Shown: in pieces, positions 20,651 through 31,000 of the stretch
Layout: each line of letters starts with the position of its first letter
How positions within the stretch are numbered: the first letter of the stretch is position 1
Assembly: GCA_037440465.1 (NCBI GenBank)
Contig: JBBIUB010000009.1
Span: 1-61,578, forward strand
DNA: 61,578 nucleotides
Direction of reading: 5' to 3'
Source: Coprothermobacterota bacterium
Lineage (GTDB): Bacteria; Coprothermobacterota; HKB111
Notes under the pieces: generated by a model
What the model was told of the DNA's origin: nothing
The model's input: the letters and a program-made list of their open reading frames with translations, nothing else
Databases searched by the model: none
Position numbers and translations under genes: made by a program

Positions 20651-21835
20651 ATGCCCATCAGAGCATTAAAACCCGAAGTATTTGCCATTGGAGCCATTGA
20701 TTGGGATAGGAGATTATTTGATGAGCTTATTCCCTTACCCAATGGAACCAGCTACAATTCCTACCTTGTTAAGGGTAGCGAGAAAACCACCCTTATAGAT
20801 GCTGTTGACCCAACTAAAGAATATGAATTGATTGCTAATCTTCACAAATTAAAGATAGATAAGTTAGATTATATTATCTCCAATCACACCGAGCAAGACC
20901 ACTCTGGTGGAATTCCAGCTATACTCAACCTCTATCCAGAATCAAAAGTAGTAACTAACTCCAAGTGTAAAGAACTCTTAAAAACACATCTTCTAATTTC
21001 AGAGGAGAGGTTCAAAGTTATCAACGATGGTGAAACTTTAGCTCTTGGGAACAAAACCTTAGAATTTATCCTTGCTCCCTGGGTTCATTGGCCTGAGACC
21101 ATGTTCACCTATCTAAAGGAAGATAATATTCTCTTCAGTTGTGATTTTCTTGGTTCTCACCTGGCAACTAGCGACCTTTTTGTGGCAGATGAAACTGAAG
21201 TATATTTTGCTGCCAAACGTTATTACGCTGAAATTATGATGCCCTTCAGACCCCAAATTAAAAAACATCTTGAAAGAATTAGCGTGTTTGAGATTGATAT
21301 GGTAGCGCCCAGCCATGGTCCTGTCTTTCCAAGGCCTGAGTTTATAATAGGGGCTTACAGAGACTGGTCATCAGATGAGGTAAAAAATGAAGTAGTCCTC
21401 CCTTATGTCTCTATGCACGGAAGCACTGCCAAAATGGTGGATTATCTTATTGAAGCCTTGATGAAGAAAGGTATCAACGTAAAACCCTTCAACCTGACTA
21501 AAACTGATGTTGGTGAGCTGGCTATGTCTTTGGTAGATGCAGCCACACTGGTGGTAGGTTCACCCACAGTTCTTACTGGTCCTCACCCTGCAGCGGTCTA
21601 TGCAGCTTATCTTACCGGAGCCTTACGACCTAAATTACGCTTTGTTTCAGTGATTGGTTCTTATGGATGGGGAGGCAAGATGCTGGAACAACTGGGAGGA
21701 TTAATATCTAACCTTAAAGCGGAGATGTTGGAGCCAGTAATTATCAAGGGTTATCCTGAAGAAGGAGATTTCAGAGCCCTCGATAGATTGGCAGATGATA
21801 TAGAAAGAAAGCATAAGGAGCACAACCTAAAGTAA
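20651..21835 (+). CDS. fprA: Flavodiiron protein (O2/NO reductase)
   Basis: GTSYNSY, HTEQDHSG, HWPE, PSHG, flavodoxin domain GSYGW. Confidence 0.92.
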   Translation: MPIRALKPEVFAIGAIDWDRRLFDELIPLPNGTSYNSYLVKGSEKTTLIDAVDPTKEYELIANLHKLKIDKLDYIISNHTEQDHSGGIPAILNLYPESKVVTNSKCKELLKTHLLISEERFKVINDGETLALGNKTLEFILAPWVHWPETMFTYLKEDNILFSCDFLGSHLATSDLFVADETEVYFAAKRYYAEIMMPFRPQIKKHLERISVFEIDMVAPSHGPVFPRPEFIIGAYRDWSSDEVKNEVVLPYVSMHGSTAKMVDYLIEALMKKGINVKPFNLTKTDVGELAMSLVDAATLVVGSPTVLTGPHPAAVYAAYLTGALRPKLRFVSVIGSYGWGGKMLEQLGGLISNLKAEMLEPVIIKGYPEEGDFRALDRLADDIERKHKEHNLK

Positions 21836-21874
21836 AAGAACATAATTGTGAATTATTAACAAGGAGGTGCCAAA

Positions 21875-22249
21875 ATGACTAAAAGACTACAGGTTTATAA
21901 ATGTATGATTTGTGGGAATATTGTAATCGTTGTACACAATGGTGTTGGCCAATTAGTATGTTGTGGTCAACCAATGAAACTCATGAAAGAAAACACTGAA
22001 GACGCCTCTTTGGAAAAACATGTCCCAGTAATTGAAAAGGTAGAAGGTGGAGTAAAAGTCAAAGTAGGTAGCGTTCCACATCCTATGACAGAAGAGCATT
22101 ATATTGAGTGGATTGAACTAAGATCAGATAATAAGGTTTACCGAGAATTTTTAAAACCAGGAGATACTCCTGAAGCTTTCTTCTGCATGGATGGAGATAA
22201 TTTTATAGCAAGAGAATACTGCAACCTTCACGGTCTGTGGAAAAGTTAA
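21875..22249 (+). CDS. dfx: Desulfoferrodoxin (superoxide reductase)
   Basis: YKC..CGN, CCGQPM, EKHVP, HPM..EHYIEWI, CNLHGLW. Confidence 0.95.
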   Translation: MTKRLQVYKCMICGNIVIVVHNGVGQLVCCGQPMKLMKENTEDASLEKHVPVIEKVEGGVKVKVGSVPHPMTEEHYIEWIELRSDNKVYREFLKPGDTPEAFFCMDGDNFIAREYCNLHGLWKS

Positions 22250-22309
22250 TTTTAGTTAATTATTAAATTATGTAAATAGTAAATTTTTATAATTAAAAGC
22301 GGGGCGTTA

Positions 22310-23110
22310 ATGGAAAAAATATTAAGAAAAATTATAAAAATTGATGAAGATTTATGTAATGGTTGTGGGGAGTGCATCCCCGGTTGTCCTGAACAGGCTA
22401 TCCAACTTGTTGACACCCCTCAGGGAAAAAAGGCAAGGTTGGTGAAGGAGTTTTACTGTGATGGTCTTGGTGCTTGCCTTGGACACTGCCCCATTGGAGC
22501 TATCGCTATTGAAGAAAGGGAAGCAGAACTTTACGATGAGGAAGCTACTATTGCTCGTATAAAAGAAGTGGCACCTGAGATGCTAAAGGTACATATAAAA
22601 CATCTGAAAGAACATTCAAATGAATTATCTAAACACAACACTAATAATTTAGACCAGAGTCCTTGTGGCTGTCCATCTGCCCAGACTCTTGAGTGGGAGA
22701 AAAAGGATAAAATACCAGAAGAAGTGGTGAGAATACCATCAGAATTGCGCCACTGGCCAATACAACTGCATCTTGTAAACCCCTCTGCTCCTTATTTCCA
22801 AAATACTGACCTCATAATAGTAGCCGACTGTGTTCCTTTTTCCTATGCTAACTTCCACCAGGAATTTTTGAAAGATAAATCCATTGCTATAGGGTGTCCG
22901 AAACTAGATGATGTTGATGCTTACATAGAAAAAATATCTCAAATCATCAAGATTGGTCACCCTAAAAGAATAAAAGTCATCATTATGGAAGTACCTTGCT
23001 GTTCCGGATTGGTCTCCATCGTCAGGGAAGCTATGAAAAAAGCAGGAGTGGAAGTACCTGTTAAAAAGGTTGTAATAAGTATTAAGGGAGAGATATTGGG
23101 TAAGGATTGA
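22310..23110 (+). CDS. 4Fe-4S dicluster protein of the type found next to hcp
   Basis: CNGCGECIPGCP, CDGLGACLGHCP, WPIQL, GCPKLD, MEVPCC. Confidence 0.85.
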   Translation: MEKILRKIIKIDEDLCNGCGECIPGCPEQAIQLVDTPQGKKARLVKEFYCDGLGACLGHCPIGAIAIEEREAELYDEEATIARIKEVAPEMLKVHIKHLKEHSNELSKHNTNNLDQSPCGCPSAQTLEWEKKDKIPEEVVRIPSELRHWPIQLHLVNPSAPYFQNTDLIIVADCVPFSYANFHQEFLKDKSIAIGCPKLDDVDAYIEKISQIIKIGHPKRIKVIIMEVPCCSGLVSIVREAMKKAGVEVPVKKVVISIKGEILGKD

Positions 23111-23123
23111 GGGGAGATAAGAA

Positions 23124-24494
23124 ATGGAATTCAAGGTGGAGCTTGAACAAGCAAAAGGAAACCCGGCAGATTTAGAAAGACTCTACAGACAAGCTCTTTC
23201 AAAGGGTGAGAGCGAAATCTTCTGTGAAACTATAGCCAGATGGGTAAAAGAAGAACCAGAGAATCCTCTCTTTAATGTATGGGCTTATAGGCTGGGCATC
23301 CATGCCATAGCCGTTAAAGAAGTTGTAAAAGAGGAGATCTCAAAGAAAGGGGAGATCCAGAATTGGTGGCTTGCTATCAGCGTAAGTGTCCTTTCTGGTT
23401 TACTTTTCACATTATTTGCTGGTGGTAATCAGCCATTCCCGGCTCCCGGTAAATCTAATCCCCTCTTCTGGATTGGATGGAGCCCGACTGCAGCCCTGGG
23501 AATGCTTTTCTATCTTGGAGCTACAGAAACTGTGAAAGACCGACTCCGTTGGTATCTGGTATCAGCAGGAACTATAATCCTTACCACTTTGTTTGTTGGT
23601 GCTATTGGCTGGAATAGAACAGATGATATTGCCAATCTTTTAGCTCTACATCTACCCCTTCTTAGTTGGATTTTTGTTGGATTCAGTGTAGTCATAGGCC
23701 GTACCAAGATTCCTGGACAGATTTTTGGCTATCTACTTAAATCAATGGAAATAATCATAGGTTCAACAATCTATCTGATAGCAGGAATGATCTTCATGGC
23801 ATTGACATCAGGTATTTTTTCAGTTCTCGGGATAGGAGTTTCTGACTATATCCTTCAGTACCTCATGTCCTGGTTGATAGGTGTTGTACCAGTTCTTTCT
23901 CTTGCAACCATCTATGATACATCCCGCTCACCTCTTGAGCAAAACCAAGTTACAGGTTTTGCGCCTCTTCTCAAAACATTAGCCCGCCTGCTTTTGCCAA
24001 TTGCTACGGTAGTATTGCTGTCTTATGTATGCTGGTTTATCCCCACAAACTTCTGGAAACCATTTACCCAACTTGAAGCGCACCTTAGACAGCGCGAGGT
24101 ATTGATTATATACAACGCTACTATCATAGCCATAATAGCCATCCTTTTACGAGCTGTACCAGATTTGGGAGAGAAAATCTCAGAAAAGTTAAACTTAATA
24201 CTAAGAGCTGTTGTAACATTAGCAGGTTTATTAACCCTTTTACTAAACACCTATTCCCTCGCTGTAATAACCAGCCGTATTTTCAACTTTGGACTGACTC
24301 CCAATCGCCATGCAGTACTGGGCTGGAATCTGGTTACTTTTTCCATACTTTCGTGGATACTGATAAAAATATATAAGGTTAAACCAGAAAAATGGGTTGA
24401 AGCCTTAAGGGAATCAACATATTGGGCGATAATACCAATAATTTCCTGGGTAATATGGGTTCTCCTGGTATTACCTTTCTTTTATCGCTATTAA
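23124..24494 (+). CDS. Polytopic membrane protein (DUF4153-like)
   Basis: Multiple TM helices; RE.LIIYN and GLTPNR..VLG.N motifs. Confidence 0.6.
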   Translation: MEFKVELEQAKGNPADLERLYRQALSKGESEIFCETIARWVKEEPENPLFNVWAYRLGIHAIAVKEVVKEEISKKGEIQNWWLAISVSVLSGLLFTLFAGGNQPFPAPGKSNPLFWIGWSPTAALGMLFYLGATETVKDRLRWYLVSAGTIILTTLFVGAIGWNRTDDIANLLALHLPLLSWIFVGFSVVIGRTKIPGQIFGYLLKSMEIIIGSTIYLIAGMIFMALTSGIFSVLGIGVSDYILQYLMSWLIGVVPVLSLATIYDTSRSPLEQNQVTGFAPLLKTLARLLLPIATVVLLSYVCWFIPTNFWKPFTQLEAHLRQREVLIIYNATIIAIIAILLRAVPDLGEKISEKLNLILRAVVTLAGLLTLLLNTYSLAVITSRIFNFGLTPNRHAVLGWNLVTFSILSWILIKIYKVKPEKWVEALRESTYWAIIPIISWVIWVLLVLPFFYRY

Positions 24495-24544
24495 GTTTAA
24501 GCAATTAAAAATGCATACAATTTCATTATCTCTATTCCTTTCCT

Positions 24545-24620
24545 GTCATGCTGAAATAGTTTCAGTATCCCAGACCCTGAAGCAAGTTTAGGGTGACAAA
24601 AGGGTATGATTCAGGGTGAC
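24545..24620. repeat. REP-like CTGAA..TTCAG cluster
   Basis: GTCATGCTGAAATAGTTTCAGTATC followed by AGACCCTGAAGCAAGTTTAGGGTGAC and a partial third arm. Confidence 0.75.
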
Positions 24621-24729
24621 CTTCTAAGTATTTTTAGACAGGATAGTATGATTATATGATATTATAGACAGTAGAACAAAGATTTTTTTAAGTTTTATGA
24701 TTTTTTCAAAAATTATAAAGGAGGAAAAA

Positions 24730-24957
24730 ATGGGTTTTTGTATTAAATCATGCTGGAAAAATTATATAGAAAGGGCAAGTATTTGTGATTTTGGTTTAAT
24801 CAAGTTAAGCTGTGTTGTTTTTGGCATTCTTTTAGCGACCTTATGCCCTCCCCTTATTGAGTTCAGCCCCTGGTTGCTGGCAGTTGTAGTAGTAATCCTG
24901 GCTATTAAACCTACCCTTACTTTATTAAAAAATAGCGAGAGAAGTAGAAGAATATAA
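24730..24957 (+). CDS. Small two-TM hypothetical protein
   Basis: SD GGAGG before the ATG at 24730; DFGLIK followed by hydrophobic helices. Confidence 0.6.
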   Translation: MGFCIKSCWKNYIERASICDFGLIKLSCVVFGILLATLCPPLIEFSPWLLAVVVVILAIKPTLTLLKNSERSRRI

Positions 24958-25006
24958 ACCTTAAAGGAAACTGTGTAAGATAGCCTTATAAGAAGGTGAT
25001 AATAGG

Positions 25007-25777
25007 ATGATTCTGGGTATATTGGTATTAAACTTTTTTACCACTTTTGGGGTATTAAAGGACGAAAAAGTAATATACCAGTTTTCACTTAAGAGCGACC
25101 CTCAGAAAACTCCAGCAGAATTTGCCCTGATGGTAGAACAATTTCTTGGGTGGTCTAACATTCATAAGGAAGACTTAGAAAGAGCAGTAATAGCTTCTGT
25201 AGTTCCACCTCTAACAAAGAAGATAGAAAATATGTGCCTGGACATCTTAAGTATTCCTGTTTTAAATGTGGCGCCAGGGATAAAAACAGGCCTTTCTCTA
25301 AGAGTAGATAATCCAAGAGAGTTAGGCGCTGAATTAATAACCCTGTCAGTAGGAGCCTTAAGAGCCTATGGATCTCCTTTAATTGTAATAAACTGCGGAA
25401 CAGCATCTACTTTATCAATCATTAATGAGAACAAAGAATATATTGGAGCTGTAATAGGTCCTGGTCTTTACACTTCTCTTGATGCTCTCTTTGAAAAAGC
25501 TTCTATGATTCCAGAAGTAAGCCTTCTTCCTCCCAAAAGCTCCATAGGAAAAAACACAGAAGAAGCCTTAAGAGCTGGTTTTATTTACGGCTTTGCCGGT
25601 CTCATAGATAACCTGGTTAAGAAGATAAAGGAGGAGTACCCACTACCCTTTAAAATAATAGCTTCTGGAGATTGGTCAGTTATTGTTAAAGGACTATCTA
25701 AAGAAATTAATATCATAGACCATGACCTGGGTCTTAAGGGATTATACGAGATTCACAAGTTGAATCCGTGTGAGTAG
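25007..25777 (+). CDS. coaX: Type III pantothenate kinase homologue with degenerate active site
   Basis: SVVP, NPRELGA, GTA, IGPG and IGKNT match CoaX; the DxGN, GADR and DxGTA aspartates are altered. Confidence 0.75.
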   Translation: MILGILVLNFFTTFGVLKDEKVIYQFSLKSDPQKTPAEFALMVEQFLGWSNIHKEDLERAVIASVVPPLTKKIENMCLDILSIPVLNVAPGIKTGLSLRVDNPRELGAELITLSVGALRAYGSPLIVINCGTASTLSIINENKEYIGAVIGPGLYTSLDALFEKASMIPEVSLLPPKSSIGKNTEEALRAGFIYGFAGLIDNLVKKIKEEYPLPFKIIASGDWSVIVKGLSKEINIIDHDLGLKGLYEIHKLNPCE

Positions 25778-25918
25778 TAGAATACCCCCCACCCCTGTAT
25801 CGAGTACGGGGCAGGCTCTACCCTCCCCCGCAGGGGGTGAGGAAAAAAGGGTGAATAGATTTATATATCTGGGTTATGACACAGTCTTTGGAAGGAGGAG
25901 GTAGGAGGAGGGGGTTAG
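25777..25918 (+). repeat. ~140-bp composite palindromic element, left copy
   Basis: Closely matches the reverse complement of 30853-30993. Confidence 0.92.
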
Positions 25919-25940
25919 GAATCAAGGTAGTGACATGGAG

Positions 25941-26708
25941 TTATGCTATGTCCAGCGAATCCAGGATCTCCTTAACTCTTAAGTAAGCAACAGAATCTTC
26001 AGGAAGCTCCAGAAGCGTCTTTCTTTCAGCATCATAATCCACTATTAGCTCGTCCACTGGAATTATTCCCACAAGGCTCAATTCCTGATTCTCAATTTCC
26101 TTTAATACTTCAAGGCGTAATTTATCTCCGGGAACCCTGTTTACCACTAGCCTAACATCATTAATATTAAGTTTGACTTCTTTTACAACCTCTCTAATTC
26201 TTGCAGCAGCCTGGATACCCCTCGGGCTGGGGTCGCTGATTATAAGAAGAAGGTCCGCCTTTCCAGTTGTTCTTCTGCTTAAATGCTCCATTCCTGCTTC
26301 GTTATCCACCACCAGGTAAGTATAGTTCTTAACAAGTTTAATAATAGCTCCCTTCAATAAATGGTTTACATGACAGTAACAGCCTGGTCCCTCGGGCCTC
26401 CCCATAGATAGTAGGTCAAACCCTTTTCCTTCAACCAGGGCGCTGTTGATTTTATATTCCATCTGTTCAATCTTGGACATACCACTTTGGGGAACTCCTC
26501 CTGCTTCTATAGATGCTAACTCTTCTGTTAACTGCCCAATAGTCAAATTGACCTTTTCTCCCAGAACTTCGTTAAGATTGGAGTTAGGGTCGGCATCTAT
26601 TGCCAGAATTGGAATCTTCTTTTTTTCAACAAGATATTTCACTATTAAGCCAGAAAAGGTTGTCTTACCCGTGCCCCCCTTACCGGCTACTGCTATTATG
26701 AAACTCAT
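25941..26708 (-). CDS. cooC: CooC/AcsF-type nickel-insertion ATPase
   Basis: GKGGTGKT, DADPN, GPGCYC, DNEAGMEHLSR. Confidence 0.9.
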   Translation of the reverse strand: MSFIIAVAGKGGTGKTTFSGLIVKYLVEKKKIPILAIDADPNSNLNEVLGEKVNLTIGQLTEELASIEAGGVPQSGMSKIEQMEYKINSALVEGKGFDLLSMGRPEGPGCYCHVNHLLKGAIIKLVKNYTYLVVDNEAGMEHLSRRTTGKADLLLIISDPSPRGIQAAARIREVVKEVKLNINDVRLVVNRVPGDKLRLEVLKEIENQELSLVGIIPVDELIVDYDAERKTLLELPEDSVAYLRVKEILDSLDIA

Positions 26709-26730
26709 TAATCCTCCTCAGATGTATCTT

Positions 26731-27603
26731 CTATAATAAACCCGCTGCTTCCAGAACTCTGGGGACATTCTTCTCTGCCCCTATAGCCATAATATGAACA
26801 CCATCAAAAAGCTCCTCATTCTTAAGGTTTTTGATAAATTCAGCAGCTATTTTAATTCCTTCTGTTACCTGTTTTTCAGCTTTAGACATCCTATCTATTA
26901 TTTCATCAGGTACAAATACTCCAGGCACATTTTGATTCATAAATTTAGCCATACCTGCGGACTTCAAAGGAATAACGCCTATGAGAATTTTTGTGTTAAG
27001 GTGTTTTATAGCTTCCTTGAACTTATAAACAGTACCCATATCATATACTGCTTGTGTCTGGAAAAACTCCGCTCCGGCTATTATCTTCTTTTCCATCTTC
27101 ATAATCTGAGCTTCCAAAGGGTCAAAGAATGGTGTTACAGTAGCTCCCAGAAGAAAGTCTGGTGAACCCTCTAATTTATTTCCCTCCATATCTTCACCCC
27201 TTTTCAGGGCTAAAGCTGCCTGCAATATTCCCACTGAATCCAGGTCGAAGACGGGTTTAGCACCTTTATGGTCACCCACATAAGTGTGGTCGCCAGTTAG
27301 AGCAAGAACATTTCTTACACCTAAAAGATATGCACCCAGAAGATCTCCCTGGATGGCTATCCTGTTTCTATCACGCCCGGTTATCTGGAAAACAGGCTCT
27401 AACCCCTCTTCCCAGAGGATGTGGCAGGTTACCAGAGATGGAGCCTTCAAAACAGCACCCTGAAAGTCTGTCACATTTACGCCATCTACTTTACCTTTCA
27501 TCAGTTGAGCCAGCTCTCTTATATGAGTGAAATCTACCCCTTTAGGAGGAGCAATCTCAGCAGTTATAACAAATTTTTTTGAAGAAAAAGCATCTCTCAG
27601 CAT
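26731..27603 (-). CDS. metF: Methylene-THF reductase
   Basis: EIAPPKG, NVTD, RDRNRIA, LTGD, QTQAVYD. Confidence 0.92.
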   Translation of the reverse strand: MLRDAFSSKKFVITAEIAPPKGVDFTHIRELAQLMKGKVDGVNVTDFQGAVLKAPSLVTCHILWEEGLEPVFQITGRDRNRIAIQGDLLGAYLLGVRNVLALTGDHTYVGDHKGAKPVFDLDSVGILQAALALKRGEDMEGNKLEGSPDFLLGATVTPFFDPLEAQIMKMEKKIIAGAEFFQTQAVYDMGTVYKFKEAIKHLNTKILIGVIPLKSAGMAKFMNQNVPGVFVPDEIIDRMSKAEKQVTEGIKIAAEFIKNLKNEELFDGVHIMAIGAEKNVPRVLEAAGLL

Positions 27604-27605
27604 TT

Positions 27606-28259
27606 TTATAACCTCCTCTCAACTACGAGCTTTCTCGGTCTTATGGCTTTACCATAATCTTTAGGTGCTCTAATCTCTATAAGATTATCAAGCTCACCAA
27701 GATCTTTGAGTTTGTTGTAGATTAAAATCCAGGCACAATCATTTTCCTGGCTGACTTCACACTTTCCTCCCTTAGAACCACCACAGGGACCATTTAAAAG
27801 ACCTTTAGAACATCTCGCTACTGGACAGATACCACCCGTCCAGGCAAGCTCACAATCTCCACAGGCCACGCACATCTCTGCAAAATGCCCCATTCTCTCT
27901 ATCTCACCAATGAAGAGTGTGTTATTGGCAGGATAAACAGGTTTATCCACAATATGAGCCAGGGTTTGGGTCCCATCACCACAAGCTAAAGAGAGAATAG
28001 CCTCTGATTTATCAAGCTCTTCCTTCTTTCCTTTAAGGTCTTTCTTCGCTTGAAGAAGATGGCATCCAGGGTCTATTACCAGATAACCCGTCACTTCTTT
28101 GCCAGATTCTTCCAGCTTCTTTTTCATCTCAAGAACTTCTTTCTCTCCACCAACCTGGCAGACTGTGGCGCATTGAGCACATCCGCTAAGAAATACGTTC
28201 TTCTTACCCTGCAAGAACTTCAAAATCTCTTCAATAGGCTTGTTCTCGGATATTATCAC
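27606..28259 (-). CDS. metV: MetV (Cys-rich MTHFR partner subunit)
   Basis: CAQCATVC.VGG, ACGDG, CVACGDC, CP..RCSKGLLNGPCGG. Confidence 0.9.
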   Translation of the reverse strand: MIISENKPIEEILKFLQGKKNVFLSGCAQCATVCQVGGEKEVLEMKKKLEESGKEVTGYLVIDPGCHLLQAKKDLKGKKEELDKSEAILSLACGDGTQTLAHIVDKPVYPANNTLFIGEIERMGHFAEMCVACGDCELAWTGGICPVARCSKGLLNGPCGGSKGGKCEVSQENDCAWILIYNKLKDLGELDNLIEIRAPKDYGKAIRPRKLVVERRL

Positions 28260-28323
28260 GTTATCTTCTTCCTCCTATTAAACATTATTTTTCCATAAGA
28301 TTCATAAACTTTTTAACATTATG

Positions 28324-29982
28324 TCAATCAAGTAACCCATATATTTTACCTGAATTATCCACGCTTATGTATACTGCAGCAGGCATCCTGGAAAGACCAG
28401 GCATAGTCATAATCTCTCCAGCAAAAACTACCACAAATCCTGCGCCAGCTGAGACCCTTGCTCCACTCACATTCACTCTAAAATTTTGAGGTCGACCTAA
28501 AAGATTGGGTTTATCACTTAAAGAAAATTGAGTCTTTGCAATGCATATTGGATATTTACTAAAACCACTCTCCTCTAATTTTTCTAAATCTTTTAAAGCC
28601 TGTGGTGCATAATTTACTCCTTGAGCACCATAAATCTTGCTGGTTATTGCTTCAATTTTGTCTTTAAGGTTTTTATTCAAAGGATAGGCAAAGGTAAAAT
28701 CTTTTCCACCCTTTTCTTCAATCTCCCTTAAAACCTCCACTGCCAGCTCCAGTGCCCCTTCTCCCCCTTTTAACCATCCATTTGTTACGACAGCTTTAAC
28801 ATTTAAAAGCATACATTCTTCTTTGATTAGTTCTATCTCATCTTCACTATCGGATGGAAAGTGATTGATAGCTACCACCACAGGAAGTTTATAGACTTCT
28901 TTGATATTCTCTAAGTGTTTTATTAAATTAGACATCCCACTTCTTAAAGCAGGAAGGTTTTCAAAGTCCAGGTCCTTTTTTGGTATACCTCCATGGTGTT
29001 TTAAAGCTTTTAAAGAAACGACCATAACCACAACTTCCGGTCTCAGATTTCCTATGCTACACTTGATATCAAAAAACTTCTCTCCTCCTAAATCAGCTCC
29101 CAGGGCTGCTTCTTCCACTACATAATCACTTAGCTTCAAAGACAGTTGAGTAGCCACCAGACTGCTACAACCATGAGCAATGTTTCCAAATGGTCCTCCA
29201 TGAATAAAAGCTGGAGACCCTCCCTGTGTTTGAACAAGATTAGGTTTTAAAGCCTCCTTGAGTAAAATGGCAGCAGCTCCTTGAGCCTTCAAGTCTCTTA
29301 CTGTGATAGGTCGTCCATTATAACTGTAAGCTATAATCATCCTCCCAATCCTCTCTTGAAGGTCCTCAAGGTCTCTGGCCAGACAGAAGGTAGCCATCAT
29401 TTCAGTGGCAGAAGTTATCTCAAAACCATCTTCTCTCGGAACACCGTGACCTTTACCCAGACCACTTATTATAAACCTCAACTGGCGGTCATTCATGTCT
29501 ATTGCTCTGCGCAGAATTACTTTTCTGGGGTCTATGTTGAGCTCGTTCCCGTGATAAAGATGATTGTCCAGAATTGCAGATATTAGATTATTAGCTGAAC
29601 CTATTGCATGACTATCACCTGTGAAATGTAGAATAATATCTTCTCTTGGGAGAACCTGAGCCAGACCTCCTCCCACAGCTCCTCCTCTTACTCCGAAAAC
29701 AGGGCCCAAAGAAGGTTCCCTCAAAATTAAAACTGTTTTTTTATTTATCAGATTTAAAGCATCTGTAAGAGCAATAGCAGTTGTTGTCTTGCCTTCTCTA
29801 GCAGGGGTTGGGTTTATTGTTGTACAGAAGATAATTTTACCATTTGGTTTACCCGCTAAATTGTTCAAAGCATTGATATATATTTTTGCCTTGTAACGCC
29901 CATAAAGGTCGTAGTCTTCTTCTTTTAGACCAAGGCTATCGGCAATAACAGATATTTCCTGGGGTTTTTTGTTAGTTTCCAA
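28324..29982 (-). CDS. fhs: Second, divergent formate-tetrahydrofolate ligase
   Basis: LREPSLGP, HFTGD, PNLVQT, AKTQFS and TMPGL present; several conserved motifs altered. Confidence 0.85.
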   Translation of the reverse strand: METNKKPQEISVIADSLGLKEEDYDLYGRYKAKIYINALNNLAGKPNGKIIFCTTINPTPAREGKTTTAIALTDALNLINKKTVLILREPSLGPVFGVRGGAVGGGLAQVLPREDIILHFTGDSHAIGSANNLISAILDNHLYHGNELNIDPRKVILRRAIDMNDRQLRFIISGLGKGHGVPREDGFEITSATEMMATFCLARDLEDLQERIGRMIIAYSYNGRPITVRDLKAQGAAAILLKEALKPNLVQTQGGSPAFIHGGPFGNIAHGCSSLVATQLSLKLSDYVVEEAALGADLGGEKFFDIKCSIGNLRPEVVVMVVSLKALKHHGGIPKKDLDFENLPALRSGMSNLIKHLENIKEVYKLPVVVAINHFPSDSEDEIELIKEECMLLNVKAVVTNGWLKGGEGALELAVEVLREIEEKGGKDFTFAYPLNKNLKDKIEAITSKIYGAQGVNYAPQALKDLEKLEESGFSKYPICIAKTQFSLSDKPNLLGRPQNFRVNVSGARVSAGAGFVVVFAGEIMTMPGLSRMPAAVYISVDNSGKIYGLLD

Positions 29983-30032
29983 AAGTTATCTACCCATTAC
30001 TATTCTCAAGATTATTATATATACCAGCTGAT

Positions 30033-30812
30033 TCAATTGTTTATGAGCCAAATAAGTTCATCTTTAATCTTCCCAACCTCTTCTACTGTGTTAGGACTAC
30101 TTTGATAAGGAGAAAGCCCTTTTATTTCACCTTTTAGAAGGTCAAAGCTATAAGAAATCTTGCCCAAGAGGTTAAAACCGGTAGTATTTTTCTTTATAAA
30201 CTCTAAATCCTCCTCATTTTTCACCTTATTTGCAACAAGATATACTTTCTTTACCCCTATATCATCAGCCAGTTCTTTAATCTTAAAAGCGGTCTGTATG
30301 CTGTTAGAAGATGGCTCTACAACTACAATAAAAGCCTCCACATAAGAAGCGGTGCCTCTTCCAAGGTGTTCAATACCAGCTTCCATATCCATAATCACCA
30401 CTTCATCATGGCGTACCATAAGATGATGCATAAGGCTTTTAAGAAGCGCATTCTCAGGGCAAAAACAGCCACTTCCACCTGTCTCTACCGTTCCCAGAGT
30501 CAACAGCTTCATACCATTTTTCTTTAAAGAGAACCTATCAGGAATATCATCAACCTTAGGATTGAGTTTGAAAACCTGTCCAAAGGAAGGACCCCTGACT
30601 CCAGTTCTCTCAGATATAAGCTCTTTCATCTTAGAAAGAGGTGTTATTCCCTTTATCTCTTCCTTAGAAAAACCCAATATGGCACCTAAATTAGCGTCAG
30701 GGTCAGCATCCACCGCCAGAACATCTTTCCCCTCTTTTGAAAAAACTATAGCCAAAAGTCCAGAGAGGGTGGATTTACCCACTCCTCCCTTTCCTGTTAT
30801 AGCTATCTTCAT
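30033..30812 (-). CDS. cooC: CooC-type CODH nickel-insertion ATPase
   Basis: GKGGVGKS, DADPDANL, GSGCFCPE, DMEAGIEHLGRGT. Confidence 0.92.
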   Translation of the reverse strand: MKIAITGKGGVGKSTLSGLLAIVFSKEGKDVLAVDADPDANLGAILGFSKEEIKGITPLSKMKELISERTGVRGPSFGQVFKLNPKVDDIPDRFSLKKNGMKLLTLGTVETGGSGCFCPENALLKSLMHHLMVRHDEVVIMDMEAGIEHLGRGTASYVEAFIVVVEPSSNSIQTAFKIKELADDIGVKKVYLVANKVKNEEDLEFIKKNTTGFNLLGKISYSFDLLKGEIKGLSPYQSSPNTVEEVGKIKDELIWLINN

Positions 30813-30852
30813 ACTTTAATATTCCTCCTTATTAATTTTACTCCCCTCTCTT

Positions 30853-30993
30853 CTAACCCTTCCCTCTCCTCCTACCTCCAAAGACTGTGTCATAGCCCAG
30901 ATATGTAAATCTATTCTCCCTTTTTTCCTCGCCTCCTGCGGGGGAGGGTAGAGCCTGCCCCGTACTCGATACGGAGGTGGGGGGGTGTTCTAC
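30853..30993 (-). repeat. ~140-bp composite palindromic element, right (inverted) copy
   Basis: Reverse complement aligns with 25777-25918. Confidence 0.92.
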
Positions 30994-31000
30994 CGTCCAG

